Below the pieces are notes generated by a model. That model did not search any database, was not told the origin of the DNA, and saw only the letters and a program-made list of their open reading frames with translations. A program made the position numbers and the translations under genes. This document shows, one piece after another, positions 57,458 through 64,000 of a DNA stretch of 64,000 bases (position 1 is the first letter of the stretch; every line of letters starts with the position of its first letter). The stretch comes from Candidatus Woesearchaeota archaeon. GTDB taxonomy: Archaea > Nanobdellota > Nanobdellia > Woesearchaeales > UBA9642. The stretch is taken from the NCBI GenBank assembly GCA_038895475.1, contig JAWANI010000002.1, positions 30,871 through 94,870 on the forward strand, given 5' to 3'.

Positions 57458-57608
57458 AATAAAATATCTTAAAGATCATTTATAAATTTAATTAATACGC
57501 ATGAAATATTTAAAATGTTTATAATGGCGGCTACATAAATATAAAATTATTTACATATCATTTTATTTGCATAAAAAGATTTATAAGTCTGGGCTTTATC
57601 CTTAAAAT

Positions 57609-58016
57609 ATGGATTATGAAGAAATGCTTAAACGCGGAAAAGAATCTTTACCAGAAATAAGTGTTTCAACAGAGCGATTTGTTGTTCCCAAAGTTAAAGG
57701 ACACATAGAAGGGAATAAAACCATAATAAGTAATTTCTTACAAATAGCATCGCTTTTAAACAGGGCGCCAGAACATTTACTTAAATTTATATCTAGAGAA
57801 TTGGCTGCTAAGGGAGAGATAAAAAAACAAATTCTTGTTTTTAATACAAAACTTGCTAGTTCAAAAATAAATGAAAAAATAGAACAATATGTAGAACAAT
57901 TTGTTATTTGCAAGGAATGTGGAAAACCGGACACTAAAATATATAAAGAAGGAATTGTTACTTTTATGCGTTGTCAGGCTTGTGGAGCCAAAACAGTAAT
58001 AAACTCTAAAATATAA
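57609..58016 (+). CDS. eif2b: translation initiation factor aIF2 beta subunit
   Basis: 135 aa. YEEMLKRGKESLPE, and a C-terminal zinc ribbon CKECGKPDT..CQACGA. Confidence 0.85.
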   Translation: MDYEEMLKRGKESLPEISVSTERFVVPKVKGHIEGNKTIISNFLQIASLLNRAPEHLLKFISRELAAKGEIKKQILVFNTKLASSKINEKIEQYVEQFVICKECGKPDTKIYKEGIVTFMRCQACGAKTVINSKI

Positions 58017-58027
58017 TAATTATAGTA

Positions 58028-61000
58028 TTATCCAAACCATCTTCCTAATCCTGCTTGTGTTTCGGGATCCTTTCCAAAATATTGTTCTATCCTTTGTTTT
58101 GTCAATTCAATACTTTGTTTAAGATACGAAGGTATGGAGAATTTTTCAGCTAGACTAATTGTTGGTTCAAGATATTTTATTATAGATCCCTCTGAAATTG
58201 TAAAAATTAGTCTTCCTTTACATTTTAAACACCTGCCTGCTAGGGGAGGTCTACGATATTTTTCATTACAATTGCTGCATCTGAATTGTTGAAGAGAGAA
58301 TTTTCTTAAATTTCCTTTTATATCCCTAATAAAATGTTTTTCTATAACTAATTTAGCAACATCTCCAGAATCTACTGCTCTTATTTTTACAGCCAAATCC
58401 ATTTGCCCTAATAGTTTTTCTTCCATAGAGGGCAACAATTTATATTCTGAACAAAGTATTCCAGAATTGAAATCATCTGTATCATGAGTAAAACCCATTC
58501 CTTCATACTGTAAATATGTTCCAATATGTTTTCCGAGCTGATTAATTTTTACATTCTGAGGGGGTTTAAATTCTTGTGCAGATTCATAAAGTTCTAAAGG
58601 ATATTTCCAAGATATGTCTAAATCAAAAACCATATCATCCACTTCTGCAGGGTTTAATAAATAAGTCAATACTAACGGTGCATCCATTGTTGCCCCTCTT
58701 TTATTGGATAAATATTCTTTGGAGAAATTAAGCAACCCATCTAACAATAATAATACACAGGATTCATCACCATCAGCATCTCTCCTCATTGCCGCATGGA
58801 ACATTGGGTGTGCTAAATATCCCTGTGTTTTTGAGAATCCTATTATTCTTCCCAATATTCCTGCAGATGTGTGTGGTGCCAAACCAATAACTAAGTGTCC
58901 TATTAAATCTTTTTTAGATGACAGCTTATAATAAGGTTTTAATCCGTAAAGTTTTTCCAATAATTCATCAATAAAATTAGCTGTTCTAAATAAGACTTCA
59001 TCTGCAGGCTCATCAGGACTGTCAGGACTGCATGGCAGAACTAAGTCCTGGGGTTTAAGTTCTAATATTTGATCCTCTCTTACCAGTTCTCTTCCTTTTG
59101 TGTCATGTGTATATCCTAATTCTTTTAACTTTTCTATAGAGACACCTATCTCTTTTGGCTTAAAATGTGTTAATGGTACCTCAGAAATATCATATCTTGT
59201 TGTTCCGTCCTTAAAAACAGTTATGTTATGTTTTGCTCTTAACACTCCTTTGATTAAATGTTCCGGAATGTGATTTATGTTTGATGTTCCTTTTATTCCT
59301 TTAATAAGATCGGGATATATTTTTGTCTTTAATTTTTTAAGAATAAAAGGAAACATTTCAGTTATATTCAAAGAATATGTTGAATATGTGCTTTTCTTGT
59401 GGTTTTGATTTTCACAATCTATGCTTTTGCATTCTTCACAAAACAGTTTTTTTTCTGCAGGAGTGTCACAAACTTCACAGACACTTAGCGGTGTTTTTCT
59501 CTTGCACTTTTTACAATAAAATATAGGAAATGCGGAAGTGATTTTTCCAGCTTCTAGTGCTGATTGTAAACTTCTCATCTTTCCGCCTTCCTCTCCGACA
59601 GGAAACAACATGTTTGGTTGTCCTATGAGTTTTCTCATTTTTGCCTTTTCTGGACGACCCATTCTAGAACCAATAAAGGTTCCTGCCTTGTCTCTTATTT
59701 GGAAAGGGGATATTCTATTTATTATTTTTAGAATAAGTTCTTCTTCCTTTCCTTCATCAGGTATTGTTTCATTAATTATTTTAATTATAGAATATATATC
59801 TTCTTTTAATAAAACTTCGTGGATATTTAGAGTTGAAAGTAGTGCTTCAGCATGATCCCCTTCTATCACTACAAATTCATTATTTACAAACAAATGCGGA
59901 ACACCTAAAAGCTCTAATACTCTTTTAGCGTCATTTTTTGGAAGAATAATCTTTTCTATATTTTTTTCATGATAGGTTATTTTTAAATCTAAAAACCAAT
60001 TAATCAATACTTTTAATTCATTAACATTTATGGATTTCCAAAAATAAGTATATTGTGGATGCAAAGGTATGTTTAATTTTTTTGAAAGCATTATTGCGGC
60101 TTCTGCAGAAATCTTTGTTCTCAGAGGTTTTCTTATTAATAATTCTAATTTATCAGGCTGTATAAAAACATCCTCTGAAAGTTTCTTAAAATCTATTTTT
60201 GATGAATCTTCAGTCGAAGGATATTTTTCTAATGCAGATTTTTCAAATTCCAAGGCCCAATGTTCCTGGCAATAACCCGAAGGTACTAAAAGATGGTTTC
60301 TATTAAAAAAATCTCCGTATGAAACAAGAATGTCTCCTAAATAGAGTATTTCCTTGACTTCTTTTTTATATTGTTTAGCCAATGCTTCTGTTTCTAAAAA
60401 TACAACATTACCATTATATAATTTAACAATTGGTCCATCAATAGTGTCACAAACAGTTATTGCTGCAGCCTTTCCGGGTCTTTCTACTTTTAACTGTGTT
60501 GCTGTTGCAATATATCCGTTTAATATATGCATCGTTGCAGGATGTATTGACTGGGCAGAATATCCTGAAACTCTTGAACGACCATATCTTAATCTGAATG
60601 CTCCGTTTCTTAACGGATAACCTAAAACAGGCCTGCCCGCAACCAAATCTTTTATATAAGTATAATCTGGAGAAATTTTTGTTATAATATCAGATTTCTT
60701 TTTTAATGCTTTGGCAGCCTTCTGTATTTTTAAGTATTCCTCTAAAAACATCCAGTCATCCATATCAAATTCTTTTCCCCATTTAGAAAGTTGCTTCCAA
60801 AGCTTAGCTGCCTTTAAAGGTATGCAATCAGTATATAATAAACAAAATCCGCTTCTTATTATGTTTGTGGGTATTCTGGGTAAATCTTTATAATTTGAAA
60901 CCTCGGATCTTTCTGAAGGTTCTGCACCTATTTGTACAGGCACATTTCTCATTAAAAAATCTATTTCTTCTTTTGTAGGGAAATATTGTCTTGGACTGAA

Positions 61001-61609
61001 TCTTGTATGATAATCCTCTATTTCTGAATATGTTCTTTTTATTTCGAGTTCTGTAGCATCGTATTTTTCATAACCAAATTTTTTTCTCAAATAATCGGCT
61101 ATTAAAACACATACTGCTGCAGCAGTTCCTCCGGCATTTCTTATCGGTCCAGAAAAATTTATACAAAAATATTTTCCTTTGCCATCCAACCTATCCATTA
61201 TATCTATGTGCGTAAACCCTTCTATAGGGCTGGAAACAACACCGACAGTAACATATGCGAAACCTGTTCTTATTCCTATTTCTATTGCTTCTTTTTGATC
61301 TTTAAACTTACAAAATTTTTCCCTGGCGACTTCTTCAGCAATTGTGAATGCAACCCTCCAGTCGAGAATGCCATATTTTTTTTCAAGTTCTGTTATTCTG
61401 TCCGTTGCACCGCTGTTTTTTAGTTGGGGAGCTACAACACTTATTAAACCGATTACTCTTTCGGCCATGTTTTTTGCTAAAATTATTTCTGGTGCTTTAA
61501 CTGGATCATATCCTTTAAGTCTTGCTTCTGAAGATATTTTAAACTCTTTAAAACATTTTTTTTCTAATTCTTCAAAATATTTTTTCATCGGTTCTGAACA
61601 CTCAATCAT
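58028..61609 (-). CDS. polC: DNA polymerase II (PolD) large subunit DP2
   Basis: 1193 aa. SGPIRNAGGTAAA, several Zn-binding Cys clusters, and the catalytic HAAMRRDADGDE. No intein-sized insertion. Confidence 0.93.
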   Translation of the reverse strand: MIECSEPMKKYFEELEKKCFKEFKISSEARLKGYDPVKAPEIILAKNMAERVIGLISVVAPQLKNSGATDRITELEKKYGILDWRVAFTIAEEVAREKFCKFKDQKEAIEIGIRTGFAYVTVGVVSSPIEGFTHIDIMDRLDGKGKYFCINFSGPIRNAGGTAAAVCVLIADYLRKKFGYEKYDATELEIKRTYSEIEDYHTRFSPRQYFPTKEEIDFLMRNVPVQIGAEPSERSEVSNYKDLPRIPTNIIRSGFCLLYTDCIPLKAAKLWKQLSKWGKEFDMDDWMFLEEYLKIQKAAKALKKKSDIITKISPDYTYIKDLVAGRPVLGYPLRNGAFRLRYGRSRVSGYSAQSIHPATMHILNGYIATATQLKVERPGKAAAITVCDTIDGPIVKLYNGNVVFLETEALAKQYKKEVKEILYLGDILVSYGDFFNRNHLLVPSGYCQEHWALEFEKSALEKYPSTEDSSKIDFKKLSEDVFIQPDKLELLIRKPLRTKISAEAAIMLSKKLNIPLHPQYTYFWKSINVNELKVLINWFLDLKITYHEKNIEKIILPKNDAKRVLELLGVPHLFVNNEFVVIEGDHAEALLSTLNIHEVLLKEDIYSIIKIINETIPDEGKEEELILKIINRISPFQIRDKAGTFIGSRMGRPEKAKMRKLIGQPNMLFPVGEEGGKMRSLQSALEAGKITSAFPIFYCKKCKRKTPLSVCEVCDTPAEKKLFCEECKSIDCENQNHKKSTYSTYSLNITEMFPFILKKLKTKIYPDLIKGIKGTSNINHIPEHLIKGVLRAKHNITVFKDGTTRYDISEVPLTHFKPKEIGVSIEKLKELGYTHDTKGRELVREDQILELKPQDLVLPCSPDSPDEPADEVLFRTANFIDELLEKLYGLKPYYKLSSKKDLIGHLVIGLAPHTSAGILGRIIGFSKTQGYLAHPMFHAAMRRDADGDESCVLLLLDGLLNFSKEYLSNKRGATMDAPLVLTYLLNPAEVDDMVFDLDISWKYPLELYESAQEFKPPQNVKINQLGKHIGTYLQYEGMGFTHDTDDFNSGILCSEYKLLPSMEEKLLGQMDLAVKIRAVDSGDVAKLVIEKHFIRDIKGNLRKFSLQQFRCSNCNEKYRRPPLAGRCLKCKGRLIFTISEGSIIKYLEPTISLAEKFSIPSYLKQSIELTKQRIEQYFGKDPETQAGLGRWFG

Positions 61610-63269
61610 TTTCTTCCTTTTTTTCTTTCAAAAAATTTATAACTTTCACTTCGCGTGTTTGCATATTTACTACAAATGCTCTTCCTGGCTGTGGATCTAG
61701 ACCTCTTCTTTCTTGTTCTTCTGTTTTTGCAACCCAACAAGAAGCATTTATACATGTTATATTTTTATAATTATTAACTGTTGCCCTATGAACATGTCCT
61801 GAAAAGAAAAAATCAGGTATCTTCTCTATAAGCAAAGGATCCTTTTGCGGATCAGGAATATATATTGTTGAAGTATGCGAAGGTGCTAAGTGTCTTCTCT
61901 TTAAAAGATAATTCATCACTAAATCCGATCTTGTAGGGCCCCCTGCTTTCCTTATTTCCGGAACATTGTTGAAATAATAAAAAAAAGATCCTCCGTGATA
62001 AAGCAAAACATTGAATCCCTCAAAAGTTTCTGATGAAAATATATTAACTATAGATGGATTGCTTACACAAATAACATTTGGGAGCTTCCATAATTCTTTG
62101 CTGTATTCATCCCTTAATCCGGGTTGTGGTTCACTTAGTCTCCCAACATCATGATTTCCGGGGCAAACTATTATAGGTATTTTTATATCTTTAAGATATT
62201 CTGCCAGTTTTTTATATTGATCCCTTACATCTATTATGTTTAAATCATACTCTTGATCTGGATAAACGCCCACGCCTTCAACTAAATCTCCTACGATAAA
62301 TAGGTATTTTACTTTAGAAGCGATTGTTTTTTGAATTTCATTTCCTGATTCTCCCTTTAGCCATTGTAGAAATCTTTTAAAATCTTCTTCTAAAAAAAGT
62401 TTGTTTCCTACTTGAGGATCTGTTATTACTACAAAATATCCTTCTTCAGGAGATTTTTTTAATTCATTAATTAAAGGTATGTCCGGTAAAAACAAATCTT
62501 TTGCAAAAACAAAACCATCATAAATTCCTGTCACTCCTATTACTTCATCTAATTGTATTTCTTCCGCCAACCTATAAAGTTCTTCTTTAGATTGTGAAAC
62601 TACAACTTTTATAAAACCTGTTTGATCTTCTAAAGTCAATATTATGTTTTTGTTTTTTGAAATATTTTTATCATAAACCATTCCTATTATTGAAACATTG
62701 TCTTTTTCTTTTTTTGTTAATATTCTGGATATAGATGTGGGGTTTTTCAGTTCTTCTCTTGAACGCAGTATTTTCTCTAAAACTTTAAATCTGCTGTTAA
62801 AAAACCCTATAAAATCAGAAACCGTTCTTTTTCTGCTTTTTTCTTTGTAGTCTTCTATTATCTTTATTCTGTTTTTCTTAATGAATTCTTTCTTATACTC
62901 ATAAAGTTCATCTTCCTTAAAATTTTCTGATAACTTATTTTCTAAAGTTATTTCAAATTCTTTTTTTTCATATTCCTTTTTTTGTTCTGCTGCTTTTTTT
63001 TCTAATTCATTTTTATTTAAATTATTAAATATATATTCTTTGAATTTTTCATAAATTTTTTTGTTAATATTTTTTTCCTTAAGAACAAGCGATAATTCGT
63101 AATCACTAACATTTATTGGTATTTTGTGCTCTATTATAAGTAAGACTTCTTTATTTATAACAGAAAAATCTGTTTTTATTGGGAGTGGTTTTTCTAAATA
63201 ATCAATAAGTTCTGGGCTTATAAGTATGTTGTTTTCTATATAAAAATTAATTATTTCTTGATTGTTCAT
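61602..63269 (-). CDS. polB: DNA polymerase II (PolD) small subunit DP1
   Basis: 555 aa. OB region, then calcineurin-like phosphoesterase motifs GDLVEGVG, CPGNHD and SGHVHR. 8-nt overlap with DP2. Confidence 0.88.
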   Translation of the reverse strand: MNNQEIINFYIENNILISPELIDYLEKPLPIKTDFSVINKEVLLIIEHKIPINVSDYELSLVLKEKNINKKIYEKFKEYIFNNLNKNELEKKAAEQKKEYEKKEFEITLENKLSENFKEDELYEYKKEFIKKNRIKIIEDYKEKSRKRTVSDFIGFFNSRFKVLEKILRSREELKNPTSISRILTKKEKDNVSIIGMVYDKNISKNKNIILTLEDQTGFIKVVVSQSKEELYRLAEEIQLDEVIGVTGIYDGFVFAKDLFLPDIPLINELKKSPEEGYFVVITDPQVGNKLFLEEDFKRFLQWLKGESGNEIQKTIASKVKYLFIVGDLVEGVGVYPDQEYDLNIIDVRDQYKKLAEYLKDIKIPIIVCPGNHDVGRLSEPQPGLRDEYSKELWKLPNVICVSNPSIVNIFSSETFEGFNVLLYHGGSFFYYFNNVPEIRKAGGPTRSDLVMNYLLKRRHLAPSHTSTIYIPDPQKDPLLIEKIPDFFFSGHVHRATVNNYKNITCINASCWVAKTEEQERRGLDPQPGRAFVVNMQTREVKVINFLKEKKEEND

Positions 63270-63348
63270 TTTTATTTTATTGTTAATTATTGATTTATTT
63301 TTTAAACAATTTTTTATAAAAAAATCTTTCTAAAATAAAAAATAAATT

Positions 63349-64000
63349 TTATATTGAAAGAGATGCTTCTAATAATGACATTATTTTTGAATTCATCTCA
63401 TCACTGGTTATTATATTTATCTCTCTTGTTCTTCCATACCTTCCTTTACTTATCACTTTTGCATTAATTATTCCTAATAAATCGAATTCAGATATTACAT
63501 CAGAAACCCTTCTTTGTGTTAATGGTCTTAAATTTATCTTATTACACAAATCTTTGTATAATGTATAAATATCTCCTGTAAATATAGGTTCTTTTTTCTT
63601 AGAGTCTTTTGATGCTATATACAGTATTGAATATAAAACTAATTGAAATTGTTTTGGTTGTGTATTTATTATGTCTAAAACCCTGTCTCTTTCTATTTTT
63701 TCTTCTGATTCATCCAACTCTTTAAGTGTTATTTTAGATAATCCTTTTCTTTCAGCTATCTCTATTGCAACTCTTATTAATTCCAGTGCTCTTCTTGCAT
63801 CACCATGTTCTCTTGCCGCATATGCTGCACATTTTGCTATAACACCATCATCTATCACACCATCTTTTACTGCCTGTTCACATCTTTTTTTCAAAATATC
63901 TTGTATTTGTATTGCATTATATGATGGAAAAACTATTTCTTCCTCACTTAAAGAGCTTTTAACTCTAGGATCTAAATTATCTGCAAACATAACATCATTG
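63349..64000 (-). CDS. cdc6: Orc1/Cdc6 replication initiator, C-terminal part (5' end beyond window)
   Basis: The reading frame stays open to position 64000. Lid FPSYNAIQIQDILKKR, HGDARRALELI, and C-terminal wH TQRRVSDVISEFDLLGII. Confidence 0.88.
   Translation of the reverse strand, partial: NDVMFADNLDPRVKSSLSEEEIVFPSYNAIQIQDILKKRCEQAVKDGVIDDGVIAKCAAYAAREHGDARRALELIRVAIEIAERKGLSKITLKELDESEEKIERDRVLDIINTQPKQFQLVLYSILYIASKDSKKKEPIFTGDIYTLYKDLCNKINLRPLTQRRVSDVISEFDLLGIINAKVISKGRYGRTREINIITSDEMNSKIMSLLEASLSI

Noticed and set aside
1-64000. tRNA, rRNA, transposase, integrase or terminal-inverted-repeat signatures
   Set aside because: I scanned the intergenic regions and GC-rich islands for T-loop (GTTCRAnnC) and acceptor-stem patterns and for IS- or integrase-like ORFs, and recognised none. 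The only two GC-rich islands (21297-21420 and 34977-35044) do not fold as tRNAs.

Overview
This is an AT-rich (by eye roughly 25-30% G+C) archaeal chromosomal segment. Gene content and the compact or fused proteins suggest a DPANN-type lineage; that placement is inference only. Layout: (i) 1-8.8 kb holds a partial RelA/SpoT gene that the ORF track missed, adk, two orphan genes, pgk, a NIP7-like gene and an ABC-2 transporter. (ii) 8.9-21.3 kb holds the canonical archaeal ribosomal-protein supercluster L3 to L15 on the minus strand (24 genes, including SUI1 and RNase P p29), but secY is missing after L15. (iii) 21.6-27.5 kb looks accessory: three orphan genes, then seven co-directional genes containing four nuclease folds (orphan Cas4-like, membrane-anchored DNase-I/EEP-like, Hjc, a second RecB-like PD-(D/E)xK) interleaved with two PRC-barrel proteins. 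(iv) 28-35 kb holds GH13 and GT28-like glycan genes, coiled-coil proteins, PAN, a Na+/H+ antiporter and a GC-rich 68-nt kink-turn / box C/D-like small RNA candidate. (v) 35-64 kb holds information-processing genes: Trm5, FEN1, bacterial-type MetK, EndA, RNase Z, a fused PriS-PriL primase, a Fur/ZIP pair with palindromic operator candidates, HtpX/LemA, Rpp30, RsuA, TBP, MCM, an RPA-like OB protein, aIF2-beta, PolD DP2/DP1 and a partial Orc1/Cdc6. I recognised no rRNA, tRNA, CRISPR array, transposase or integrase. I could not demonstrate a clear-cut novel multi-gene system from sequence alone. The best candidates for follow-up are the nuclease/PRC-barrel array, the K-turn small RNA, the orphan genes beside adk and beside the L3 operon, and the archaeal RelA/SpoT homologue. 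All domain calls come from motif recognition by eye, not database searches.
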